DNA from: Octopus bimaculoides
Taxonomy: Eukaryota
DNA length: 63,599 nucleotides
Reading direction: 5' to 3'
NCBI RefSeq assembly: GCF_001194135.2
Contig: NC_068985.1
Location: forward strand, 44,379,664 to 44,443,262
Shown: in pieces, positions 13,532-26,295 of the stretch
Layout of the letters: each line of letters begins with the position of its first letter
How positions within the stretch are numbered: position 1 is the stretch's first letter
The notes under the pieces: model-generated
Seen by the model: only the letters and a program-made list of their open reading frames with translations
Databases searched by the model: none
What the model was told of the DNA's origin: nothing
Translations under genes and position numbers: made by a program

Positions 13532-14157
13532 TCAGTTTCTGTTTACAAAATCCATTCACAAGGCTTAGGTTAACCTGGAGCTATAGCAGAAGACATTTGC
13601 CCAAGGTGTCACACTGTGGGGCTGAACCCAGAACCATGCAGTTGAGAAGCAAGCTTCTTATCGCACAGCCATGCCTGCACTTCATAGTAAGCATATATAA
13701 CACAAACAGAGACGGACATGTAGAGATTTTATACCAATGTTTCCTTAATCTTTTTAAACTATTGCCCTTTCTTTTTCTAACATTTTTTCAATGCCAACCC
13801 CTGCTTGCTATGATTCATAGTTGCCATCCACCACCAATTTTAATGTATGTACACATAATATCAAGTGAGAGAATTTAAGTTCTGAGTACTAGTTTGATGC
13901 GGGTGATGACATACCACAGCACCACTCTACTGTAGGAGAATATTCAACACATCACCTCTTGACCTTAGTTTTTGACCTGACCTTTAAGCACGTGCCTTTG
14001 GCCAGACTGAAGTATGTATTCTTTGTATTTCACGCATATGTTTGTTATTATCAGTTGATATTTATAATTATATCCTGAACCCATGCTAGCATGGAAAGCG
14101 GACGTTAAACGATGATGATGATGATTTATAGTTGTCTTTCTCTTTTCGTCCTTTTAG

Positions 14158-14388
14158 AGACTAGCCAGGCTAATCGGCCTGGTTTCCCGGTTTCAATGGC
14201 GTATGTGTTCCCCAGCAGGACGGGAAGCCAGTCCATCACAGCATTACTCATTTTTGTCAGCTGAGTGGACTGGAGCAACGTGAAATGAAGTGTTTTGCTC
14301 ATGAGTACAACGCGTCACCCGGTCCAAGAATTGAAACCACAATCTTACGATCATGATGCTGACACATTAACCACTAAGCCACGCACCT
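14158..14388 (-). mobile_element. SINE family C; second copy at 25545-25768 (-)
   Basis: Head ggtgcgtggcttagtggttaa..; tail gaaaccgggaaaccaggcc..cctggctag shared by both copies. Confidence 0.8.
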
Positions 14389-14689
14389 CCACATTTATAG
14401 TTGCATTTTCTATATATTTATGCAGTTAGAATCAACAACACCCAAGTATGTACATTTGCATATTTATGCATGTACAAGTTGGAATGATACCTAATGTTAC
14501 AGGTGCAGTGGCTGCCTTTAGTGCATGTATGGAAATACCCAAAACTTTTGACATCTTTTATATTATATTTTAGTTCATTATTTATAATATATCTGCATAG
14601 GTATTATGTATTAAGTTGTGTTTATTTATTTATTCACATTTCAAAGCCTATTGTTATTATTATCATTATTATTATTATCATTATGGCAG

Positions 14690-14880
14690 TGAGTTGGCAG
14701 AATTGTTAGCACATGAGGCAAGATGCTTAGCAGCATTTTGACTGTTTTTATGTTCTGAGTTGTCTTTGCTTTCATCCTTTCGGGGTCGATAAAAAAGTAC
14801 CAGTTGAACACTGGGGTTGATGTTATTGACTTACCCCTCCCCCCAAATTACTGGCCTTGTGCTAAAATTTGAAATCATTA
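14690..14880 (+). mobile_element. SINE family B; other copies at 29935-30145, 47625-47835, 55930-56040
   Basis: Central tttcatcctttcggggtcgataaa..agtaccag motif and tail gccttgtgccaaaatttgaaacc. Confidence 0.75.
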
Positions 14881-15676
14881 TTATCATTGTTGTTATTTCA
14901 ACTGCTGTTGTGATTGTAGACATACACACACTAACACACATGTAGACATACACACATATACACATGTACAGACATAGAAAGCTTTACTTATTATAGAATC
15001 TCTATAAACTAAAGAACTGATAATGATGATGATGATGTTTAGCCCTAGGACAAGACTGACTGAGTACAAACCAAATCATTACTTCTATGACCATATTGCC
15101 CAGTTAAATGTAGGGCTACATTATCTCATGTGCCTCTTATTTAAAACAACAGGGTATGATTTGAAATAGAATTAGCAACTATTTCTAGCAGATTAACCAG
15201 CTACATAGAGGTTCCCTTATTGGCTCATGGCTAAAGCAGTTATTCCTGGAAGATGGGTAGTAAAACTAAGTCTAAAGAAAGGTAAATAACAAAAAATATA
15301 ATAACTACAACAGTAATAACAATAACAATGATAGTTCATGAACAAAATGGTAAAACAGTGATATAGGCTATTCTTCATGAATGGCACAAAAACAAAGAAT
15401 ATATAAATGAATAAATAAAAGATCTCATTAGCGATATATTTTTGTTGGATGGAATAGCAATTAAAATTGGTTGCAGACATGTTTTAAAGATTCTAAGAGA
15501 TACATATAGTTTCAAATACATACATAAATAATATTTGCATAAATAACGAGTATCATATTTAAATAGCTTTTGTTTCTAAATAACATGTAGGTGCAGATGT
15601 GGCTGCATGGTTAAGAAGCTTGCTCCCCAACAATGTGGACTGGGGTTCAGTCCTACTGCTGAAAAGAAGCCCATCA

Positions 15677-15722
<46 letters not shown>

Positions 15723-16346
15723 NNNNNNNNNNNNNNNNNNNNNNNNNNNNNNNNNNNNNNNNNNNNNNNNNNNNNNNNNNNNNNNNNNNNNNNNNNNNNN
15801 NNNNNNNNNNNNNNNNNNNNNNNNNNNNNNNNNNNNNNNNNNNNNNNNNNNNNNNNNNNNNNNNNNNNNNNNNNNNNNNNNNNNNNNNNNNNNNNNNNNN
15901 NNNNNNNNNNNNNNNNNNNNNNNNNNNNNNNNNNNNNNNNNNNNNNNNNNNNNNNNNNNNNNNNNNNNNNNNNNNNNNNNNNNNNNNNNNNNNNNNNNNN
16001 NNNNNNNNNNNNNNNNNNNNNNNNNNNNNNNNNNNNNNNNNNNNNNNNNNNNNNNNNNNNNNNNNNNNNNNNNNNNNNNNNNNNNNNNNNNNNNNNNNNN
16101 NNNNNNNNNNNNNNNNNNNNNNNNNNNNNNNNNNNNNNNNNNNNNNNNNNNNNNNNNNNNNNNNNNNNNNNNNNNNNNNNNNNNNNNNNNNNNNNNNNNN
16201 NNNNNNNNNNNNNNNNNNNNNNNNNNNNNNNNNNNNNNNNNNNNNNNNNNNCATACATGATACAAAGAAAACAAGGATAGGTCATTTAGAGTCTTTGTTT
16301 TCTTTGTATCATCTGTCTGGATGTTTTACGTTCTTGTCCCATTTTG

Positions 16347-16395
<49 letters not shown>

Positions 16396-16504
16396 TATAT
16401 ATATATATATATATGATGGGCTCTCCCGTCGAAAATGATATATGAGTGTTCAGCTTTTGCCAAATGACTTGTACAAATGATTTGTTTATAGTGATCAAAT
16501 ATTA

Positions 16505-16675
16505 GTGCCACACATTAGCTCACTCTCTCCTGGTTGGCGTTATTAAGGGCATCTGGCTGTAGAAACTCTGCCATATCAGATTAGAGCCTGGTGTAGCCAT
16601 CTGGTTCACCAGTCCTCAGTCAAATCGTCCAACCCATGCTAGCATGGAAAGCGGACGTTAAATGATGATGATGAC
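16505..16675 (+). mobile_element. RTE tail element (family E)
   Basis: Ends aacccatgctagcatggaaagcggacgttaaatgatgatg. Confidence 0.8.
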
Positions 16676-17049
16676 ATACATCCATACATATACATCATAC
16701 ATGCTTACATATATTATATATCTTACATACATACATATATTTATTTTTAATATAAGGGAGTAAAATATTAAAGTAATATTTGAAAAAATATATAGAAATA
16801 AAAATATATTTTAAAAATAATAACATAATTATATATATAAATAAGCATAAGTATATCTATTTCCCCTAAAAATAACAATAATGTTTTCAGTCTTCAAGTT
16901 AATGTTTAATAACAATAAGAACAACAAAAATAACTTAAGCAATAAAAAAAGATAATTAAAATTTTCTTCACCTTTTCATCTTGTAATTTTGTTTATAGAA
17001 GAAATATCAGATTGAAAGATGAAAAGAGAGATAACAATAATAAAACAGA

Positions 17050-17530
17050 CGTAGGTGTTTTATTTATCAATTTATCTATCTATCTATCAGTCAATCATAC
17101 ATGTATATAGATATATATACATACACACATATATACATTTATATACATACATATATATGCATAAATACACATACATATACACACGTACATATATATACAT
17201 ACATACACATGCACATATATATCTACACAGACACACACATATATATATCTACATCCACACACACACACACACACATATATATCTACACACAGACGCACAC
17301 ACATATATCTACACACAGACACACACACACATATATAGCTACACAGACACACACATATTTAAATACATATATACATAAATACATATACATACATACACAT
17401 ACAGATATTTAAATACACTCAAACAAATACATACATACACACAAGTGCAGATATCTAAATACACATACATAAACACATACACCCACACAGACATGCACAC
17501 ACACAGACATGCACACGCACAAAAGAAAAT
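17050..17530. repeat. Compound (CA/TA) low-complexity tract
   Basis: Direct inspection. Confidence 0.9.
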
Positions 17531-19519
17531 GAGATGACAAAGGAATAAATGATTATCATATGAACTTCATTAGCTTACAGCTGTTTCTACTATAAGATTC
17601 AGTGGACTCATAGCTGAGTACCTGAGTGACACCTTCCAGCTTCATCAGAGCTTCAAATATGAAGTGCAATTTATTTGGGAAAAGCATTACCAATGAGAAA
17701 GCCAACTCAGATGTGTATAAAGAAGTGTATATCCAGATTTAGATAAATGGTAATTAGCTCTAATATATGAATATACACTCATGTGTGTATATATACATAC
17801 ACACATAAATATATATATACATACATATATATAAATTCATGAACAGTTATACAAATACATGTTATGGGGTGACAGTGCTAAGCACTGATGTGTATAAATA
17901 CAAGGTTATTACCAGTTCAAATATGCTTGAAGTGTACTTGAACCTGTAATAAAGCCATTCACAGTGTTTTGTCAAGGAGAAAATTTTGCACAGTAGACAA
18001 ATGCTGCTTCTAATTCAACTGATTCAGAAGTAGCAAAAAGTTGTAAAGAATTGAAATATATACAGAAAATTATCTCCAGTGGAATGATGGTAATGTTTTA
18101 TTTTAAGATCATTCGCTACTATTGCCATTTAGTGCAAGGTCAGCCCTGATTCAGTAGATTTATGATAAAAGACATTCCACACACGACTATCCATTACACT
18201 TTATATCTAGGATTATTGTCTATTATTGTCTATCCTTCCTATTTGAGGATAGTCACATTTGGCTGCTATTTCTAGCAGGTCTAGTAACTGGCTCAGGTTC
18301 CTGTATTTATCTGCAAAATGGTGATAAGGAACTAATACCAATTTACAGGTTTGGCTTCCTGTTGGAACACACTGTCTTCATTTGTTTGTTAGTTTTTTTC
18401 ACACCTGTTTCGTTGTGCTTGTATGGGTTAAATATATCACTGAGTCATTGTTTTTACAGCTTGATGCCCTTCCTGTTGCTGTCCTGTTTTTAAAGTAAGG
18501 AATGTTTCAAGGTGCAAAACCAGCAAATGATTCACAGGTGGAGGATGACATCATTGCTAATAGCTCAGCAATTTTCAGAGAAATGAACATGTATACAAAC
18601 ACACACACACACATGCATCACACATACATGTGCATAACAGACAGACAGACAGACAGACAGCCAGCCAGCCAGACAGACAGACAGACAGACACACAAAATA
18701 GCTCTTTCATGTTCTGTCAAGCAAATCGAAACACAAGATACTTAGACATGGTTTAACCCAGTGGGATTGAACTCAAAACCACATGGTTGGGAAGCAAACT
18801 TCTTAACACGGACTCATGCAGATGCCTTCATTTTTAGTTTGGAAATGAAGAAGAACTCAGTGAAATAACTTTATCCTTATTAACCTGGTATTTGGAACAC
18901 ATATCAACATGAAATATTGAATCAAAATTTTAATTACAATCACTTCCACTCTTTAGCATTCAGATTATTCTGTTAAATGCATCTCTTATTTATTCACATT
19001 ATTTTGAATTAATCCCACATTATCTTGTAGCTTTGAGATTTCAATGGCATGTTTGTATATTTTTAGAATGACATTGCAGGATAGGTGTGAGAGGCTGGAT
19101 CTGATCAGTTTTAACATAAAACAGGTAGAATATTTGGGATAGATATGGCTGGATTAAATGCTTAAGAGTTAAAACAGGGAGTTTGCATCATAGAACCAGG
19201 GGTGGTCCTAAGTAGGCTAGTATCAAACGGATAATGAAAATTTTTGTTTCTATAGTCTGTAAAAGGGATGGATTGTATCAAAAAACAACAAACCACTGGT
19301 TACCATTAATCTCAAAGTGCTATATATTAGAGTGCTATATGATTAGATATCTGAAATACCTGCCACAACCTTTGAAAAGATTTAAAGGGTACTAGTAAGG
19401 AGCAGTTGGGGTTGTTGTAGTATTAAGTTAATGAAAGATAAATCTTATTGTTAGAGCATTATTTAGGTTTGAATTCAAGATCTCAGCAGGTAAAATATAA
19501 GCATTTTACATTTGCTCCA

Positions 19520-19802
19520 CCACAGCCAATCTGTGTGTATGTGTCTGTGTGTGTGTGTGTGCATTTGGGTCTCTGTGTGTGTATATGTGTATCTGTCTGT
19601 GTGTATGCATGTATGTGATGTATCTGCATGCAAATATGCATCTGTATATATTTATGCCTGTGTGTGCTTTTGTGTGTATATCTGTATATCTAAGTGCATG
19701 TATGTATCTGTACATACCTGGATGCTTGTATGTTTGCATATCTGTGAAATTTTTGCATGTGTGAGTGTATATGTGTATGCCTGTACATATGCATGTATGT
19801 GA

Positions 19803-19842
<40 letters not shown>

Positions 19843-20350
19843 CACACACACACATATATATATATATATGTATAGGAGGCCAAAAGTGTATATACGCTGC
19901 TATATGTATATATAAAATAACAGAACAAAAAATGGAATAAGAAGGTAACAGGCTTATGTGTATATATCTGTACATCTGTGTGCATGTGTGTGCATATATG
20001 TGTACACATCTGGACGCTAGTATATTTTCATATCTGCACAATTTCCATGTGTGTTTGTGTGTGTATGCATGTGTGCATATGGATCTGTGTGTGTGTGTGC
20101 ATATATGTGTAACTATCTGAACATATGCATATATGTGATGTGCTTGCATGCAAGTGTGCATATATATATATATATTTGTGCATATATGTGCTTATGTATA
20201 TATATATCTGTACACATCTGTGCATGTATGTGCATGTGAGTACACATCTGGATGCTTGTGTTTGCATATCTGCACAATTACTGTGTGTGTGTGTGTGTGT
20301 ACTTGTCTCAGTTACTTGTGTTTGTGAGTACATGTGTATATGTATGCTAG
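19520..20350. repeat. Compound (TG/TA) low-complexity tract
   Basis: Direct inspection. Confidence 0.9.
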
Positions 20351-20616
20351 CATCCACAAATAGCTAGCTTCCTTTTCTCTAGTGTGAGTCATCCTCACTT
20401 GTTGAATGTGCAGTAAAAAAACCTATTTCACATCAATTGTTGTTCACTGATATTTTCATTCCTTTCTCTTTCTCTCATCATCCTCCTCAGTAATATTTTA
20501 TGCCTTATTGTAATATACATGAACAAACACACACACATTACATATATACACATCATGCATATACATCACGTATATATCTCGCCTTTTGTAGGTTTGAATG
20601 ACTGTATAACATATAC

Positions 20617-20696
<80 letters not shown>

Positions 20697-20789
20697 GAGA
20701 TAGATAGATAGATAGATATGTATATATAATTTAAGTAATAGAAAAAAATGGAGAAACTGATGTACAGACATCAATTTATTTGAACATAC

Positions 20790-21000
20790 TTAATTCTGTA
20801 CAATTCTGTCATTTGACTGTGGCCATGTTGGAGCACCACCTTAAAGGGTTTTGTAGTCCAAGAAATCAACCCCGGGACTTATTCTTCATCAGCCAAGTAC
20901 TTATTCTATCAGATTCTTTTGCTGAACCACTAAGTTACCAAGACGTAAACACACCCACATCAGTTGTCAAGTGATGGTGGGGGGACAAACATAGACACAA

Positions 21001-21031
<31 letters not shown>

Positions 21032-21135
21032 TATATATATATGTATATATATATANNNNNNNNNNACACACACGATGGGCTTCTTTCAGTTTCCGTCTAC
21101 CAAATCCACTCACAAGTTTTGGTCGACCCATGGCT
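20790..21135 (-). mobile_element. SINE family A, partial
   Basis: Reverse complement of the family A body; small gap inside the internal (TA)n. Confidence 0.8.
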
Positions 21136-21343
21136 ATAGTATATATTGTATAAAAGATTGTGGGTAAGGCCAAAACAATGCGAAGTAAATGCAATACATA
21201 TATATATATTCACTAGATGAAAAGTGTAGGCTGAGTGATATCATTTCACAGAGATTATGAGAAATGCTATCATTCCACCCACACAGAAGTGTGGGTGGAA
21301 TGATAACATATCTCAACCATAATTTATTTCTCCTTCCCTCCCA

Positions 21344-21379
<36 letters not shown>

Positions 21380-23399
21380 TACACACACAGAGGCATATGC
21401 AGTTTTTTTATAACAAGTTAAAGATGGAGCCTCTACATGGTTGCATGACTTGCTAGAAATACCAATCAAATCTCTTACAAAATCTTTACATACTGTCTTA
21501 AAAAAACAGCACTCATCTATGCTTGAACAAAAAAAAAAAAGATACAGGATGGTCATGGTTGGAACTCCTTTAATCATGAGGTATGTTTGAAGGGGGCTGA
21601 CATAAGGCCAAACAGTAACAATATCAACACCATAAACATGATGGGGATGAACAAATATGGGACACACTACATGGTTGCTGCTTCTAGAAATAGCAGTCAA
21701 ATTCCTCCTCAAATCTCAACATACCATATCAATGGATACGGTATGTCTGAATAAAAGGAAGAGTGGTTGTAGCTGGAATGTCTTTCACTTGCCCCTCGTG
21801 AACTTTCCCTGAAGTAAACTGATGACAGGGAACTTATTGGACATGACAAAGTGAACATGCAGATTTCGTTAAAAGAAAGAAGTGTTAACCTAAATGAATA
21901 CCTAGACTGATGCATTGACAGAGGTCGACATGTAGAATTAGTTGAAAGAAAGTGTGGGTGGGGTAACCAAGGTGAACAACTAGACTAATATAAAGAAAAT
22001 GTGTTGACTAAGCGGGATACTCAGATTATAGGAGGAAAGTGGTATTACTTTGCCACAGCTCACATATCCGTGCTCCTATAAAAATGAACAACAGTGTACA
22101 GGAAGATGCATAATGGTAGAATTGGAGAAGTATAAAGCTACACTGGTAATCCAGGTGGAATTTGGCAGTAAAGTGGTTCTGGAGAGGTGGCAATAATCCA
22201 AGTAGTAGGTTGGAAAAAGATGAGATTCCAAGAAAGGCAGGATCAAGCTAGGGTGACTGCAAGAGTGTATATTATATGTATAGGCCGAAAATATATTAAA
22301 AAAAAACACAGAAACAAGTGAAAAAACAACAAACAGAGTGTTTAATGCTCAGGAAACTGGAAGAAGTATTTGACATTTTGAGCCTAGACTCTTCTACAGA
22401 AAGGAATGAAGTGAGAAAACAGATGGAGAGAGGGAAAAAAATGGAGAGGTAAAAACAAGTCTGGATTAACAGTTACTACATGGACTAATACACACACACA
22501 CTATTCCATTTATTGTGAGAATGTCTGTCAGAGTTGATAAGAGGGTGCACAACTATTTTGAAGTTTGATAATCTATATCCTTGTCACTGTCTCATCTGTG
22601 TCAAGCCTATAGCCACTACATTGAAGTAAGTAATCACAGCACAGTGTATAGTTCATGACTATGGACAGGCAGTGGTAGCATTGTCAAACTTGATGACTGT
22701 TGTTTCCATTAAGAGGCAATGCTGAGTTCAAGTCCCTTTGTGGGTCTTAAAAACCAAAGCGGGGAAACTCCTTGACCATGTAGTTCTTCCCTACAGACCA
22801 ATGTGGGAGTCTATGTCATAACTGCTAGAAAATGTGATCAGTTTTGAAAATTAATTTTTCAAAATTAATCACATTTTAACATTTTTAAAATATAGATGCA
22901 CCTAATGGGTAGTGTAGTCAGAAATATACTATGACTGAAAAGACAAGATAGTCATGGTTGAAATATCTTTGAATATAAATTTGTTTAAGCGGGGTTTTTG
23001 AGTTTAAACAACAACAGCATAAACCATAATTTCAGTGCATGCCTAATGATCCTATAGACTTATACTAGAGTTATCATTAGGGTTTTAATAGTGATGCCTC
23101 CAACACCACCACACTAAATACCAACAGGTTTAACAATGATGGCATGGTGGTAGATTCATAAAAAGTTATAAATTGAAAGCAGTTTTCTGGTGTTCTGTGA
23201 GAAGAGAAACAGAAGCATGAAGTGTTGTGGGTTGTAAAGCTGTGTGTCATTGTGAATCAAGAAGTTGGGAAAAAGTGTATGTGGAAAGAGAGTAGTGCAT
23301 CTATCATCACTGACACTGGGAAGAAAGAGGCTTGGAAATGTTAGTACAGAAAGTTGTTGAATGAGAATGCATGGGTTGAGGTGGAGAGAAACTGTACTC

Positions 23400-24450
23400 C
23401 AAGTAGAGCCAACAGGTGTTGGGGCAGCTGGGGGACTAGCAAGTGAAATTAAAAGATATGTGGTCAAAATGGTCATTAAGGACATGAGGGAAAGGAAAGT
23501 AGCTGAACCATTAATAATAGCTGCTGAGATGCTGAAAATATCTTTCAAAGTAGGACATGCATTTGTCATCCACATAATCAATAATGTGGACACAAGGAAG
23601 TGTCATATCCAATGACTGGCATGATAGTGTCATCATCAACTGCTGCAAAAGGCAAAAGAGATGTTCTAAGAAAAAAAAAAAAAAGAAGCAGCTGTAGAGG
23701 TATCAAATGAAAGCTCTGAGTAATGTAAGTGGTAGAAAGAACTACAGTAGGGAGAGAATTAGTTTAGATGAGATGAAGTGCAGTTTGGTTTTGTGCCAGG
23801 CTGGAGTACCACTGATGCCATCTTCTTGATGAGATGACTACAAGAGATGTTTATAGATGAAAATAAGCCAATATGCTTAGTATTCATTAATCTGGAGAAG
23901 GACTATGACAGAGGTCCTATAGACTGTGGCCTACTGTTTGTTCAGGAAACTCAGTGTAGATCAATGGCTTGGGAAAGCCATGTAAGTCATGTACAGGGAT
24001 GCTGTCAGTAAGGTGAGAATAAAAAAAAAAAAATTCCATCCCGTGTACCAAGTGTAAACTATGGGTGCACAAAAGTTGTAGTAGAATAACAGGTAGGCTG
24101 ACAGAGAAGGAAGTGTTTGTAAGTGAGATACACAAGATTAGTTGGTAGTATATGAAATGAATTCTTTCAAATGCTCAGAAATTTCCAAGTAATTGATAGC
24201 TGTTGTTACTTTTGTTACCAAGGTGACCTAATTAACAGTAGAGGTGACTGTTCTAAAAGAATGGCAACTAGAGTGTGAACAGAATGGAGAAACATTTGGA
24301 GTGCTATTACCCCTGCTGGTAACAAAGATATTTTCTCATTGAATGAGTGAGAGGTAGATTGTATGACGCTTGAGTACAAAGTGTGATGCTGCATGGTAGA
24401 GAAACAAAAGCACCAAATTTGAAGGATGTATGAATGCTGGAAATAAAGTA
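23400..24450 (+). mobile_element. Degraded RTE LINE reverse-transcriptase fragment
   Basis: Remnants IKDMRERKVAEPLIIAAEMLK, VFINLEKDYDR (DLEKAFDR-like), MYRDAVSKVR-like and RLYDA..VMLHGRET, with many stops and indels. Confidence 0.7.
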
Positions 24451-24479
24451 GTTGGGCTTGCTCTAATGAATGTATAATA

Positions 24480-26010
24480 TTAGTTTCAAATTTTGGAACA
24501 GGGCCAGCAGTGTTTAAGGGTAGAGTAACTTGATTATATAAACCCCTAATGTTTAACTGGAACTTATTTTCTGGATCCTGAAAAGATGAAAGGCAAAGTC
24601 AACCTCAGTGGAATTTGAACTAAGAACATAGAGACAGACAAAATGCCACTAAGTATTTTACCTGCCATGCTAACAGTTCAGTCAACTCACCACCTTAATA
24701 AGAATAATAATGATATCAAATTTTGGCACAAAGCCAGCAATTTCAGACGCGGGCATAAGTCAATTGCATCAATTCAAGTATTCAGCTGGTACTTATTTTA
24801 TTGATCCTGAAAGTATGAATAGCAAAATTGACCTTGGTGGAATTTGAACTCAGAATGTAAAGATAAATGAAATGTTGCTTAGTATTTTACCAGGCTTGCT
24901 AACGATTCTACCAGCTCACCACCTTACATTGATGATAATAATAGTAATAATAATAATAATAATAATAACAGTAACCATAAGAGCATCACAGCAAACCACA
25001 ATACATAGCCAAGGCACACAGAGCTGCGCTCGGTAGTGAAGTGAAAGCACACTATAAAAATAAAACTACTGAATAATAGTAATAATGGTTTTAAATTTTG
25101 GCACAAGGCCAGCAATTTCGGAGGGAATAAGCTTATATTGACTCCAGTGCTCAACTGGTACTTATTTTATTGATCTCAAAGGGATGGAAGGCAAAGTCAA
25201 CTTTAGTGGAATTTGAACTCAGAGCTTAAAGACAAATGAAATTCCCCTTAGCATTCTGCCCTGCATGCTAACTGTTCAGCCAGCTCACTGCCTTACAATA
25301 GATATATAATATTGGTTTTAAATTTTGGCACAAGGCCAGCAGTTTTGCAGGAGGGGGCCAAGTCGATTACATCGACCCCAGTGCTCAATTGGTACTTATT
25401 TTATTAACCCTGAAAGGCTGAAAGGCAAAGTTGACCTTGGTGGAATTTGAACCCAGAACATAAAGATGGACAAAATGTTGCTTAGCATTTTGCCAGGCAT
25501 GCTAACCAGCTCACCACCTTATAATAAAATAAATGCGCCCTTTTAAAGCCTAGCCAGGCTCATGGGCCCAGTTTCCCGGTTTCAATGGCATATGTGTTCC
25601 CCAGCTGGACAGGATACCAGTCCATCACAGTGTTACTCATTTTACTCACTGGAGCAACGTGAAATGAAGTGTTTTGCTCAAGAACACAACGTGTTGCCCG
25701 GTCCAGGAATCGAAACCACAATCTTGTGATCATGATGTTGACACCCTAATCACTAAGCCATGCGCCTCCACTGCTCACCACCTTACATTGATAATAAAAA
25801 TAATAATAATAATATTGGCATTAAATTTTGGCACAAGGCCAGCAATTTCGGAGGAGGGACTAAGCTGATTATATTGACCCCAGTGTTCAACTGATACTTA
25901 TTTTATCAATCCTGAAAAGGATGGAAGGCAAAGTCAACTTTGGTGGAATTTGAACTCAAAACATAAAGACAAACAAAATGGCCCTAAGCATTTTGCCCTG
26001 CATTGCCTGC
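24480..26010 (-). mobile_element. Cluster of five head-to-tail family B SINEs with a family C SINE inserted
   Basis: aaattttggcacaa..cagcaatt unit recurs at about 24485, 24718, 25093, 25318, 25822. Confidence 0.85.
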
Positions 26011-26247
26011 AAGGCTAGCAATTTCAGCATTCCCACATGCAGACTCATATCAATGCTTACCACCAAAAATAGACAACATCACTATGTCAGTAACAATTAC
26101 ACACATAAACATAAATACTCAAAACACCTTTCTTCCTCCCCTTTAATTTTCTTTGTCATTTGTACTCTGTGTAAGTTAGATCCATTAATATAAATATCTA
26201 TATATTTATACTTAAATAGTCATCATCTTAAAGTCTCTACCTTTTGC

Positions 26248-26295
<48 letters not shown>

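Noticed and set aside
15559-16438. ORFs of 200-280 aa here and similar ones at 28.2-29.0, 44.5-45.7, 51.7-52.3 and 59.4-61.5 kb
   Set aside because: They are open only because they cross N gaps and dinucleotide repeats.
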